Assembly: GCA_030324005.1 (NCBI GenBank)
Contig: JARDVH010000084.1
Location: forward strand, 52,615,366-52,679,365
Direction of reading: 5' to 3'
Length of the DNA: 64,000 nt
Source of the DNA: Negaprion brevirostris
Lineage: Eukaryota
Shown: piece by piece, positions 10,801 to 25,800 of the stretch
How the letters are laid out: the number at the start of each line of letters is the position of its first letter
How positions within the stretch are numbered: the stretch's first letter is position 1
Translations under genes and position numbers: made by a program
Notes under the pieces: generated by a model
What the model saw: only the letters and a program-made list of their open reading frames with translations
Databases searched by the model: none
What the model was told of the DNA's origin: nothing

Positions 10801-13800
10801 GTATTTTGGGCGCCGAGCTGCATAATTTATTTACTCTGACCCTGCTGGAGTGAAAGAGGGGCCATCGAGGCCTCCCAGAGGGTCTGGTGCCAGAGGTTTC
10901 CCCTTGGCATTGCCCAAGGAGGTAAAGTGCCAATGCATTTTGGCACTGCCCACCACACAGGACAGGGCCTAATAGGGGGCGGGACCTCTTGCTGCCACTC
11001 TACATTTGGGCTGTATGACAGAGGAAGGGAGGCCAGCGAGCGGGGCTGGTAGCAGTGAAGAGGACTGGGGAGATTCAAGGCAGGGTTGTGGGAGGTCAAA
11101 CTGGCCTGGGCATGTTGGAAGTGATAGCAATTTGGTCATGGGTCAGTGATCTGGAGGCCAGCCCTGTGAGACCACTGCGCTTGCACCAATCTCAGTGCTG
11201 TCAGATCAGTACATGCACAGTGGCCCACTCAGCGCTATGCTGGTGGCCTCTTCAGTGGGGATAAGCCCCACCTCCTGACTTTTGGAGTGATCCACACTAA
11301 TGCACTCAGTACTCACAGTGAGAGAAAGATTAGTTTTGAAATGCCTGCTGAAGAAACCACCGTGACTTATTGGGAGAAACTACCCATCGCCGCCACCACC
11401 CCCGGGACATTTTCCCAAAGGGAGCAATTCAGCTATCACAGCTAAAATATATGAATACTTCCATGAAAGTCTCTTTAGCACTATTTAGTCACTGGAAAGA
11501 TCATTTGCATGAACAGGTTATGAAACTTTGCCAGCTCCAGTAACAGTTGTAATTCAAACACAGTGAAATTTAAGTGAACAGAAGTAATAAATTCAATATC
11601 ATTTCTCAGAAATTGTAAGGTTCCAAATGGGAGAGGAAAATGAATAATAATTCACTGGATCACAAAATAAGCGGCTTTTAAAAGCCAATGATCATGTAAA
11701 AGTGTAGTACTACATGACATTACGTAACGCTATCAAATGTAATCTTTTTGAATCATCTAACCATGATTAGACACAGGACAACTGACAGACTGAAATGATC
11801 CTTCAGCATCAATTATTAAGCTCCAACAGAAACTGAAACTAATAGTTTGTGGAATTTCAAATTTTCTTACCATTCATCCATCAGAATAATTTCTCCATTT
11901 GCAGTTACCTTCTTTGAACCATAGAAGAGTAATTGGAGTGGGCTAACCAAAGTCATTGCCTTTGCAGATACAGCCCGAGTTCGTATCTGAGGAGAAATAC
12001 CTGCCCATCAATATCTCAGGAATTGGCCAAGCCAGTTATTTTTCAACACTTAAACATTTTTCAAAGCAAATTTGTTAAATTTAAGGAAAAAACAATAGGA
12101 TACAATGTTGCCTGGCCATACCTCAGATTCTAACACAACAATAAATTAACCACAGCATGAAATGCAAATCTCTCCAGTTTGAAAGATTTTGTTTTAAGAG
12201 ATTTGAAGCGAAGAATTAGATTAAGTACTTGGTAAAAATTCAACTTTATTCATATTCTGCACATCTTCATATGTGCAGCCAGCCGGCCAGAGGAGCAGGG
12301 AGGAAGGCAGCCAGTTTGGCAGGGGGCGGGGGGGGGCGTGGAACCNNNNNNNNNNNNNNNNNNNNNNNNNNNNNNNNNNNNNNNNNNNNNNNNNNNNNNN
12401 NNNNNNNNNNNNNNNNNNNNNNNNNNNNNNNNNNNNNNNNNNNNNNNNNNNNNNNNNNNNNNNNNNATACGTTCCTGATTGGTAAGGGGATCAAAAGGTT
12501 ATGGGGAAATGCAGGAGAATGGGGTTGAGAAACCTATCAGCCACGATCAAATGGCTGAGTACACTCAATGGGTCAAATGGCCTAATTATGCTCCTGTATT
12601 TTATGGTCTAAAGGATTAACAGGAGGAACTATGGGAAACAAGGCAGAAAACAAATTAAGTGGGAATTGATCATCTGCGAGTCAAAATGTCTGAAACGAAA
12701 TAAATGTTCAGAACAGCCTGAAAAGCAAGTCGTTTGCACTAGTACATTACTCACCTTTTCCCCAAACACAAAGAATGGAGAAGGGTACTTTGTATCTTGA
12801 TTGCTGAAGGGACAATTAACAGAAGACTTATGGATAAGTGCATTGCGTCCCTCTGTAGTTAAGATCTTTCTTTTTTCCTTGTGGTAGCAGACATTGGGAT
12901 AAAGTCCAAAGCAAAGAAGTGAGATAACCACATCAAGGTTATTATCAGGTCCAGTATTGTTAAATACTTGTGTTATCAAGCATTCTGTTTAGAAGAAAAA
13001 GTGTTTCAATTAACTTCTGCTTCAGAAGTCTGCTTAATGTAAGCAAAAGGACAAAAATTCTAGTCGTAAACTACCATAACTATGTCAATGTGGAATACAA
13101 GTCTCAACGCTGCAGATACGCAATGAATGAAATTAGGCTCATGTATTAAACTTACTATCCAGGTGGATTCCTGTGTAAACCTATGCAGCTTTCATAAAGC
13201 ATTTGTTAAACTTTAGCTATAAACAATGTGCAATTCTGGGTACCCAATGCCAGGATTTTGGAGAGGGTTTAGTAGAGATTCAAAGAAATGATACCACAGT
13301 TGAGGGACTTCATTTAGTGGAGAGATTGGAGAAGTTGAATTGTTCTCCATAATGTTCTAACATATTATGGGTTTTGGAGTAAATAAGGGTAAACCGTTTT
13401 CTGCTAGCAGGAGGACAGGGAATAAAGGGTCACAGTTTTAAGGTAACTGACAAAGGAACCAGAGGGAAGAAGGGAACTTTTTTTTAAGACAGTTAAGTTA
13501 CAATGATCCGAAATATACTGTCAGAGAAGAGTGATGGAAGAAGACACAAAGGTAACATCCATTGGAAGTTAGGTAAATACTTGAAGGGGAAAATATTGCA
13601 CCGTGATAGGAAAAGAGCAGAGGCGTGGGACAGCTCTTTCAAAGAGCAGACACAAGCACAGATAGACCAAACAACCTCTTTGTGTGACATGCTTTGAGAA
13701 CTCCTGCAACAAAGAGCATTATCTGAGAGAGGGCAAGGAAGCTTTTCAACCAGGTGTTGCCAACAGTGCTTTGAAACTGTTGAGACCACCAAACTCTAAA

Positions 13801-16800
13801 GCAAGATATTGATTCCTTCCAGACATTGAATGATTACAGCATGTCATCAAGTTGATACATATACCCAGGTTTTTTAAAAAAATTGTCTTTTAAGAGATTA
13901 AACAGGAATAGTGTACATTATTTTCAATGAAAATAACACACAAATACAGTACATCACTTGAAATACTTCTACTTTATCTCAGTTTTATAATCTTAAAATA
14001 TTTCTGAATCCTACATAAAAATAAATTACACATTAGACTTCATAACATCTAATGAACAATTAAAAAAATACGTAGCATTACCTTCAGGGAAGCCAGAATT
14101 GATAAGGATATCCTTTAGCTGAACCTTAGCTTCCCATGTCATCCGCAAAGTTGCCATATTTAATCTTTTATGATCACAAAACCGCATTTCTGCATCTTCT
14201 CCTCCCATTCTAGGAAAAAGTGGAAATACAAATACAGATATGATGAAGCTTACAAAATTGATAAAGTACTATACGAAAACGTAAACAATATTTGGCAGGG
14301 ATTTGTTCTCATGCTTATTGCTGGAATAATACCTTGCATCATCCCAGGCCTGAAAAACAGAAAGCAGAGCCACATGGTCCGAAAATCTGGTTCCTGCAAA
14401 GTTCCTGTGCACATAACCAAGACGTTTGCCTTCATTAACAAAAGGCTCTGGAAAACAGGTAGCTGCAGATATGGTGCACACTGCATCCCCAACACTGTAA
14501 CAGATAAAAAAAATCTATAACATTGTCATCAAAAGCAATAGCTTTCCAATCCTATTTAGGACAAAGACATATGTAGAAATAAAATCACACAAATGACAAG
14601 CTAGGAACTGTTGCGACTATTCAAACAAAACAAGCATTGCAAAAATGTGTATTTGCATAGTGCCTTCAAAGTAAGGACCTCAGTGCTTTACATGAGCATT
14701 ATCAAAGTTTGACAGCTAGTCACATAAGGAGATATTAGGTAGAAGAGGAAGGCTTTGAAGGAGAAGGATGGGGAGGGAAATTCCAGGATCTATGGTGTAG
14801 GCAGCTGTTGGCAATAGAGCAAGTGTGGAACAATTAAAATCAGGGATGCACACAAGAACTGGAGGTACACAGCTATCACAGATGCTTGCAGGACTGGAGA
14901 AGAATAAACAACTATGGAGGAATAAAGTCGTGCGGGAATTTGAAAACATAAGAATCTTTAAAATCAACCAATGTAGGTCAATGAACACAGTTATGGAAGA
15001 TAGAAGATGGGATATTCACAAGTAGAAATCCTATAATGCAATAATAGGGATGACAGTGGTCTGAAATTTTGCAACAAGAAGTCATCTAATTTTAGCCCTT
15101 TATGATCTATAGTGAACGCAAATGTTTTTAGGCCACTTCAAATCGATCAAATTGTTATATGTAAAACAGATGGGAAAATGTGTTTTCCCTCTGTTACCTT
15201 CTATTACCATCTAGACTGTGGATTAGTGCACTTGTATAAGATCACCAAAGTGTCCTCAGCATTTTTGCATTCAATGCAACTGTGCCTATGATACAAGATG
15301 AAGTCTATGCTCTCTGCATCCTAATTTTGTACAAACTGACCAAGCAAGATGCTCATCCCATGTCTGATGTCCAACCTGCCCGCAGTCTGAAGTGTTTCAA
15401 ATGCCACAAACCCACCTACCCTTGATAACCTTTGATTTTCTTGCTAACACGAATCCACGTACTATCACCTTAAAAATATTCAATGACCTTGCTTCCACCA
15501 CCTTCTGAGGCAGAAAGCTACAAAGTCGCACCGCCCTTAGGAAGAATTTTTTCTCATCTCTATCCTAAAAACAACTTCCTAATTTTAAAACAGTGCTCCT
15601 AAGCTCTGAGGCCCCAGCACAGACCCATGGGATTCTACTTGTCATTTCCTGCCAATCAGTAAAATACCCATTTATGTATACGCTGTTTTCTGTCAGCCAG
15701 CCAATCTTCTATCCGTGTTAATATGTAATCACCTACACCATGATCTCATGTGGCACCTTATCAAATGCCTTAAAATCCAAGCACAGTATGTCTTTAGGCT
15801 CCCCTTTATCCACAAGGCATGTTGCACATTCAAATAACTCCAATAAATTGGTTAAACATGATTTCCCTTTCACCAAACAATACTGATTCCTCCCCATTAC
15901 CTCAAGTTTTCCCAAGTGCCCCCCTAAAACATTGATGATCGATTCTAATNNNNNNNNNNAATTTCATGTTTTCTGCCTTTCTCCCTTCTTCAATAGAGGG
16001 GTTATATTTGCTACTTTGGACCCACCAGCCATACCACATAATAAATCCCAACGTCCTGCTGTAACCCCCTCTGGTCAGTTGACAGAAGACAGGAAGAAGT
16101 ATGACCACCGGCTTATCCTACTCTGTTACACTGTTAAGTACAGTGAGTGAAACTGAGGGAACTAAACATACAGCTTGTTCCTTTACTTTGCTATTTCGAG
16201 CTATTTTGTTGACATTCTTGAATTCACACAAGATTTATAATTACAATTTTAGAATGTCAACATCTTAAAAATATCAGAAATTAATTTAATTCAAAATTAT
16301 GGGATCTGCATAATATTTGAAGCAGACGGTGTAACATTATATCAAATGTGCATCTGTATGAAACTTCCTTTGAACGTGCCTTAAATAATATATAAAAAAT
16401 TCTGTGGGGATCATCAGACAACATGCAGATACAGGTAGACTTCAGGTTTGAAATGCATGACTCTCAGATTAACCTAACAGTGAAATCCCATCACCTCAAA
16501 GTGCACCTTTAATTGTTTCTACTTTGCGACAGCAGGAAGGACTTGCATGGAAACACGACATGTCAAAAATATTACAGGAGGTTTTGCAAAGAGTTGCTGA
16601 TCTCCAGACTCTAAAATTAACTTATACTTTCAGAAATAATTAATTTGTTATACCAATAGGTAGGGATGCTGGAAGTCATTAGATCAGGAAGTAGGCTTAC
16701 TGTCTCCAATTATTCTTATGTTAACTAATCAATTTTCCTTGATGAGGAATAATGAAAGCAGCATAAGACCATTAATACAAAATCAACAGCAAAAAATCCC

Positions 16801-19800
16801 AGTTATTAATACTTTTCTATTGTTGACCGCACAATATTGGTTCATCCAATAACAGGTCAACAATTTTACATTTCTTCCATGCATCTTAAAGGATCTATGT
16901 AACAGACTGAGAACATTTAATGAAGCCTACATCACTGTCTATATGTGATTTGCATTTTCTGTTCTAAATTCCAAGTCCTGAGGCCAGCAAAGAATGACAA
17001 TACTACTCTATTGAATATGATCCTTTCCCAGTAATTCACACCAGCATTTTCTGTGCATTGACTCACTGGAATATACAACCCATAATCATCATCTTGCCAA
17101 GACGTGGTTCAATAGGAAGTCTGGCCAAGATACGGCCCAGGGGAGTCAGCTCATCATTTGCATCTAAAGCATCAAGTTCTGCGAAAGAGAAGAAACAAGA
17201 GAATTAGAATGATATTGCGATCAATCAAATGGCACCATTCAATTTAGGAACTTGGTGCTGCAATATTATGCTGAGGGCTGATGAACTACATTGGAAAAAC
17301 CCTCTAGAAGCTTCTCAATTTAAACTATAATGAGTACATATTACTAAATGAGTTTTCATAGCTATCATTTTTCATACATTAGGTAAAGTTAAAAAGTGGC
17401 ACAATCTTATCTAAAATTAAATGTTAAGCTACAGCAAGGTAAGGTCCCTTAGTCTCTTAGGGTCATTACAGTTTTAATAATTTGTCTTTTCTAAAAAAAA
17501 ACGAAGCAGCTTTATAACCATGTAACTAGGAGTCACCTCGCAAAGTGTGTTCTGCCTCAATAACTGCATCTAGTGGTGGGGGTTCGATAGCTTTAGCCAA
17601 AAATGGTCCAATTCCTCCTAGGCGAAGAAGCTTGATGCTCAGAGCAACTTCGTGAAGAGGCGTGCGGAATATCTCCGGAGTCATGTGTGTTTCAAGTCTG
17701 AGAGTGGGCAAAGATTGGTTGATGATGAAAGAAGAACCTCTTGTTTCCTGGAACAATTTTAAAATCAATTCTGCAAATTTGAAACCTAGTTCAATAAACT
17801 TGAACCTGACTACAAAAGCTACAAAAAATGGAAGCTCACTGACTTGCATTGGAAGGCAAACCACACAGACACATGTTTGCTTGCATTGAAGTTGAAATTT
17901 AATTCATACCTCTCAAACCGTGCCCTGCTACAGAGATGGAAGCAGAATCCAGGACGGACACGCCCTGCTCTACCCCGTCGTTGTTCCAAATTGGTNNNNN
18001 NNNNNTTGGTTTTTGAAGCCCACACTGTCGCATAGTTGGTCATGTTGTTGTGAGATGTAAATAGTTTCATTTTTTGCCTGAAAAGCAAGTTCAAATAAGA
18101 CAAAAATTGAACAGTTATCAAGTAACTTTTAGAAGTGCAGTAAAGACATGATATAATCTTGATTACTTGAGGGATATGTATCAATGACAAAAACAGTGTG
18201 GTATGAGCATGGTCAACATTAACAAATTGACAGATACTGATTAGCTGCTTATATTCACATTCTGCAAGCAAATTAGTTATCTTGTGCTTTCTTCCAAATG
18301 CCAGCATTTTAAGGAACAACATATTTTAAAAACAACAGGTGGATCACAGCAATCAGTACTGAATTATCATGTAATAAATAAACCACTTGTACTACACTTT
18401 GGTCCAGTAAATTAGTATGCAGTTTCAGCACAAATCCACTGGATGGCAGTGCAGAAAGCTTTTCATTTCTGAAACACAACAGCCCAGATTTTGTTGCAAG
18501 AAGAATGACAAAGCTCAGTTCTCATCATCTTTAAGGAGTACATCAGATNNNNNNTAGCAGCATCCACAAATCTGTTAAGTATAGAAATCAGGAGGATGCT
18601 ATATGGCCTACAAAACACCCTCACAAACTTAGCTACGCTGGTACCTCAACAAGAGACCTGGCATCGAAACGCACATTATGTGAAGTTGCAGTGCTTACCC
18701 ACCTAACAAATGTTAAACACTCCAGACAATGGTAGTGTTTGTCCATTCCAGCATAAATAATTTATTAAACAGCTGTGTAAATTGTAATTACAGGCAACTA
18801 TCTCCAGCACTGACATTTTAAGAGGTGTGAACTCTCAGTCCTTCATTTTTAATTATTGAAGATGTTCTGGACATGTGTTAAATGTTTGACATTAAACAAG
18901 CTGAACAGCAGAGGGGTTAAAAAATTTATATTTATATAGCACTTCTAACGTCCTCAGAATGCCCAAAGCATTTCACAGCCAATGAACGACTTTTGAAATA
19001 TGCTCATTGTTGTGTGTGCAAATGTAGCAACCAAAGTTAACACAGCATGATCCCACAAAGAACAACATTCACAATAACTCGTTTGTTAGTTTAGTCTGCT
19101 GCACCAAACAGGCTGAATATGCTTTATTGAATAGCCACTTGGTAATACAAAACTTGAATTTGCTGAAAAAGATACAAATTGCTGAAGCTTTTCATTTAAC
19201 ACTCCACAGGACAAATGAAAAATGCCAAATTTCAAATGATCAGAACAATTTATATTACAGAAGGTAAGGGTGCCAACTGGTCAACAAATCAACTCTGATT
19301 GGCCAAGACATTGCCATGGTAAAAAAAAGGGGAAAACTATAGACGGTCCATGTACCCAAGTTATTCAATAAAAAAAGCACAAGTCTCGAATTAATTCCTT
19401 CTGTTTTCAGAGAATAGGTGACTGTTAACTGCGCTTCCAGCTAAAGTAAATGAGCCTATGTTATACGCTTGGCTGATAGGATAACCCTCACAAGACCCAT
19501 GGGGAATCACCGATTGGTCTCCCTGTGGGGTTTTTTGAGTACAAGTTCTCCTGGTAACAGGCAGTAGCTTACCTAGCTGGAACTCATTACCAAAGTCTTT
19601 TATAAGTTAGGCCCAGGACTGAAACTGCTGAACTGCAGTACCAGGCAGGGATTAGTGTGTGCCCATCATGGTTGTGGATTTATTAATAATAATAAATGAT
19701 GTTCCTTTCAAGTCGAGTTTCCTGCGTTATTATAATTGATTATCTTAAACTGATTGTTAATGCAGCTTTTAGCTCAGTCAGGGTCGCACCAGCATTGATA

Positions 19801-22800
19801 TTCATACTTGATGATGCTCAATTGTATGGCAGGCAGAATGTCTTTTTGGGTTGACTGCAGCATCATTACATAGGAAGATCATGTTGCCGTTACTCCACAC
19901 TCTCCTCTTTAGCTTGGACATTACATAACTGTAGCTTTTAAAATGCACAAGTTTATTTCACCATTAAGTGACTGAATGCTGGTGATTGTGAAGCTATTAG
20001 CAACGTCCAACATTGTTAATGCTGGTAGTATGGCAACATCCTGGACCAAGACATTCACCTTCCTGATGCTGACAGTCAAACCAAACTCGTTACAAGAATG
20101 AGAATCTGTCCATTTGCTGCTGAAGTAGTTCCTCAATATAGAATGCTCATGTGGCACTGAGCAACTAACTCTCTGTAGATGACCTAGGGCATATGCCAGG
20201 AAGAAAGAATATGCCAAAGTATGTCAGCACCACAACACAAACCTGTTTGACCCCCATTACAGATAACAAAGGGGTACAATGTTGCTCTCTCATCACTGAC
20301 TCTACCCATCTAGTTGCCATGGGAAGAGGAGATCACATTAAGCCAATTTTTTCCAGTAGCAAATAGACCACCTCTGCTCATATGGTTGAATGCCTTGGTG
20401 AGATTGATGAAGGTAATATACAATGGTCTCCTTTGTTCGCAGCATTTCTCTTGCAACTGTTGGAATGCGAAGACCACGTCAACTGTAGATATCCCAGTTT
20501 CAATGTCATATTGGAATCTGGGGTAGATGCATTCAGCCAGGATCTGCAGTCTGACTAGGTCAATGTAGGCAAATACCTTCCTCATGATACTCAGCAGAGA
20601 GATGCCTCCGCAGTTGTTTCAATCATTGTGGTCATCTTTGTTCTCGTCTTACATACGTCGCTGTGAGCCAGAGTCCAGACTGTCAAAGGTTTCCATTTAG
20701 CCTGCCAACTAAAGTTCAAAATACACCAAGTGGAAGTGACAGATTTTGTAGGTAGTCGCTCCTCTAATCACAAAGTTTCTCTCCTGTGCTTTCTGCGGAT
20801 AGAGCTCCAAGCTCAAACACCCATTGCAGCAGATGGACTGTGGCAGGATAGCAACGTACTAGTCAGGGGCTGCCCAACGAGGTTGATCAATAGAAACCCA
20901 AGTCCGTCCCACTGTTCCCCATGCCCATTCATTTGGGACTATTTTTAGCACAAACTCACAAAAGCAGAAGACTCTCTTCAAACACGCACTAGACTCACCA
21001 CATTGCCCTGTTGGGACACACATTCAACCAAAACCATAGAAACAGATTAACTGGTCATTATCTCATTTTTGATCGTGGGAAATGACAGTAATACACTGGG
21101 TGGTGTACTCACCTCTTAATTAACAATTACTACACTTCAAATGATTGGCTGTGAAGTACTTTGGATCATCCTGAACACAATACACACATTGATGCCAGTT
21201 AACATGTACAAACCATAATCTCCTCAAAAATCAAAATGCAAAGCTGCTCACTCACTTGCACGAATCAATGACATAAACCACGTCATTAATGGTAATACTT
21301 GTTTCTGCAATGTTTGTGGCCAAAATAACCTGGAGGTAGTAAAGCATACAGCATATATAATTAAAACAAAGTGCACTGCTCACAACTTCATAAACTCAAT
21401 GCATTGTCCTAATCATAGAACAGTTCAACACTTCTCAGGATGTCAAAAATGTCATCTATTTTATAGATCTCAAAAGCTGATCATTTAATACAGGTTAGAC
21501 GTAAAATTGCATTGTCTCAAGTAGAAGACAAGTCTTTCAATCATCTCTCCCACCGTTCCCAAAAAGAACTTAATCAAGGATTGTGTCGGGGCAGTAGGAG
21601 GCAGAGGTGCAGAAGTACTTCCCACGTCTCAAACACCTGTATTTTTCCTGAATTTTAAGTGGCTAAGATCAACATCCAGGATGCAAACCATCCTTCTTGA
21701 TATTTTAAAGTTAATTTGCTAAAAACGTAATTCTTTGCCAATAGTAATTTAAGAAAAGATATTTGTGTGCCACATATCATTGCACCCATGAGATGCCACT
21801 ACCTCAATTTTAATCAATATTTTTAAAAAAATTTTCACAATCAAATTGTCAGGAGACTTTATGTTTCTCACCCCTACCATTGAAAAACTACAGCATCAAG
21901 CTTCATATTTTACCACTGGACTCAAAAAACTATTTATACTACCAACTAGTTAAGGGCCCAGTAACATTACTTGCATGTTAAATGCACATTTGGCTCAAAA
22001 TAATAATTTATCTTACCTTTCTGACTCCTGATGGCACAGGATCAAACACTCTGCGTTGTTCTTCCCTTGGAATCTGCGAATGTAATGGCAAAATTCTGTA
22101 TCTGTGGCTTCCTGTTAAGTAGAGGGTTTTAACATTTATTGTACCATAAACTGTACTGGCATTATAAAAGGAAATGGCTTATAAATCAGTAATACTGAAA
22201 ACAAATCTGGTGATTCTAAGTCTTTTAAATTATGTTAAAGCTGTGTTAGCTTAAAAAACATTAGTTTAACAATATTAAAGGTCCATGCAATATCTGAGGA
22301 CTAAAAGTCAAGCAATGGAAACTTACTTGGTTTACAGTTTCAATTTATTAAGCAGTCATTTCTTTTAAATTATTCTATACTCAAGCTTTCTGCATAGACT
22401 TTAAACTTGCATAGTTCAAACATTATGATTTAACATAGAAAAATTCTCAACTATATTAGTGAGTTAATCAGAGTAGTCAGTACTGAAAGCTATTGAGGAA
22501 AAGAATGTGACAGAGCTTCCACCTGTATTTCACACCCCTCAAGATTTTGAACTCTCCAGAATATAGGAAAAAAAATTACAGCACAAACAGGCCCTTCGGC
22601 TCACAAGTTGCACCAATCATATCTCTACCTAACTACAATATAATTAAAATAAAAAATGATTAATGTCTTGTAATTTTCACATGAATTACTTGTGAAAAAT
22701 AGATCAATGATGTAGTAGTTATGCTATTAGAAAAGAACAGGCACAGACACAATGGTCTGACTGTTCTCCTTCTATGCTGTGTTTAAAACTCAAGTTGTGA

Positions 22801-25800
22801 AAATCATTAAGAGATCATTTGTGGATTGCCACTGATAAAAATGATCAGTCTCATTCACTGCTTCACTCAAAGGATGATTAAAAATTAGGGATTAGGTGCC
22901 ACACTGAATCAGAGCATCGCCATTTCACTTCCCGTGATTGTGACAATACAGTGCCTTTAAGAAATGTACGCATGTCATGCTTCTTCTAAAGGTTGCGTTT
23001 GTAAGCCAACTCTGTTTAACAATGCCAAATTGTCTACATCTGGCACACCAGCTGCTGATACTGCAGTAGGTTAATTGTTCCTAATTATTGAAGTTTTTTT
23101 TTAAATCTGGGGTTATGTTAAGGGTGTCCCTGGGGTTTTTAGGGTAGTGTTTGATTGACAAGAAAATAATGCAAACAAAAAAGCAGGCAGTTGCTATTTG
23201 GTTTTGAACAGAGCAGCACCTCTTCTTTCTTTCTGGAAATTGAACTCTGGGGACCTACTAGAAAATAGATATAACATTCCAGAAGGCAAGAGACATTTTC
23301 TCCCTCACTCATTCTGGAGTTCTGCTGTATGAAAACAGGTTTTCCTGTGGAGGTTGCTATTTGAGAGTCAGAAGACATGTGTCCCTCTGTATCTCTGTCC
23401 AGAGGTGTTAACAAGCTGGAAGACTAACAACTCACGTAAGCCTATGTGTGTTTGCTAACTGATTCTGAAGACGAGTTTACATCTGTGATGAATATTGCTT
23501 AAATTGGAATGAATAGAGATAGCTAACAATTAAGATTTATACCTTGTTCTCAAGTCTTTCAATTGGTAGAAGTTATGCTAATTCTTTCTGTTATTTAAAC
23601 TGCATTGTTAAATAAAGGTTGGTTTAATAAAAACTTCCTAATGGGTCAATAGAATCACACCGGAGTGAAATACATTATGCTCACACTAATGCCAAAATCA
23701 AAAACAGTTGGGAATGTAGGCTAACTTCATAATATACCTTGGAGTTTCTGCTCTGGTCCCTAATATGATCCAGATTTGGCAAATACAAGTGACCTTTGTT
23801 CAGACATTGAAAAATATTTACCACTGCCAAATGGCTAAGTGAATTCACACGGTGAATAACTGAGCCATGGAGACCAGGAATATCCTAGCCTTTGACCACA
23901 GTTCCTCGAGTTATCTGATCCTGCACAGAATCCCTATGAAGATGCTAAAATTGGTTGCAATGCCCTTGGATTTAGGGAGGTGAAAATCACCCAGAGTTCC
24001 TGCTCCTAACCATTATCTATCTTGAAGAATGTGTGTGCCTGCGCACCAGCACCCATATAGTTATGCAAAAACATGAAATTGGGAATTGAGAAATAAGATG
24101 GCGGAATGTAAGAAGAAATTTCAAGAAAAACAGAAGTAAAATATAAACAACTTTGAAAAATGAGGCTTGCTAGGGTAATTGGGAAAATAGCAGAAGCAAT
24201 CTTGTCCTTAAGCCTTTCTCATATTCTTCTTTGTGATTCAGTGGTAGAAGCTTGGAAGCAAATCTTAAGTATTTTGCATGATCCATTGAAGGGAAACAAC
24301 AGTTTAAATCAACAACTCCTTCCTCCCACTTAGTAAATTGACAAACCAAGAACTAATAGCACGAAAAGACTATTAAGTTCATGGGTCATAATAAGCAATT
24401 TCAAGATGTCAACATACACACTTGAAAAAAAAGTACAATAAAATAAGGCAAACACATACCAAAATATGGGTTTGTTTCCAGATGTCTTTGCATTGCGAAA
24501 ATCAAGTTCCAGCCTGGTAAGAAAACAAGAACTGCCCCATCTACATCCAGTGTTTCAATGTACTTGAGTAAAGCTTCTATCAGTTCAAAAGGGGTCTCTT
24601 TTTCACTCATTTGAGCCATAGCACGTTTGGTTTCTGGCCCATAGTCATCACCACAGATATTGTTACAGTTCACCTAGTGAGGTGGAGATTCTTCATTAAA
24701 CTCAAAAAACTCGACTGCAACATCAATAAACTGACATTATTTCAAACACAACCAATATCCATTTTATTTATTTACTGGTGTCACAAATAGGCTTACATTA
24801 ACACTGCAATGAAGTTACTGTAAAAATGCCCTAATCGTCACACTTGGCACCTGTTTGGGTATATTGACGGAGAATTTAACATGGCCAATGCACCTAACCA
24901 GCACACCTTTCAGACAGTGGTAGGAAACTGGATCACCCAGCGGAAACTCACACAGGTATGGGGAGAATATGCAGATTCCGCAGTGACCCAAGTTGGGAAT
25001 CGAGCCTGGGTCCTTGGTGCCATGAGGCAGCAGTGCTAATTAATGTGCCACCTTGTTGCCCAGAGATCCAAGCTGCTACCTGCAACTCCAAGAAAAGCAT
25101 AAATTGCTCTATTTCTTTGCATAATTATACTAGACATATTTTTTTCTCATTTGATTACATTTTTCAACTTCAAATTTAGATCTTTAGGCAATAACAAATC
25201 CAAACCTCCACTGCATTGTTTCAAATAAGATCCTGGATTGAAAGATGTAGAGTTTGCGTGAATTTCAGGTTTGTCAGATTGAGTAAAGAGTACAGGATTC
25301 AAAGCATCAAGAATAATTGCACACTGCCAACAAAAAGTTTAATAATGATATCTATTGCATTTTGTTACTCCTCATTTTAAAAAAAAGTGCCACTTTTGTG
25401 CAACTGCCAGTTGGAGGTGAGACAAGCAAATATGACTCTGGATATAACGTACACTAAAACTTCTTCCACTAAAACTGCAAGGTGGATTCCATGAAGGCTT
25501 TGTTTGTCCAGTGATTAACTGAGACATGCAGATATAAGTTCCAATGTTTGTTCATTGATCTATGCTGACCTGATCATAGCTGGGACAGCAGTAAATGTAC
25601 TACATCTGCTCAGTACAATGGGTCCTCTCTGGAGGATTAGTGTGACAGCCAAGCCGGTATATGGAGAGGAATTACAGAGCTCTCCCGCTAGAATAGTAAT
25701 AGTAATTTACATATGCTATAAAAGCACAAGTTAAGAAAATTTGAACAGTTAAAAGATCCCAATCAGAATTCAGTTCTTTTTATACCTCCTCATCATCTCC

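Noticed and set aside
12320-12345. G-run possibly forming a G-quadruplex
   Set aside because: Short, directly beside a gap and likely part of a repeat; homopolymer length is unreliable.
17991-18010. Apparent 5-codon insertion before motif VI of DHX9
   Set aside because: It is 10 Ns plus a duplicated ACCAA contig overlap; removing 15 nt restores ASKTNLEQ and the expected exon length.
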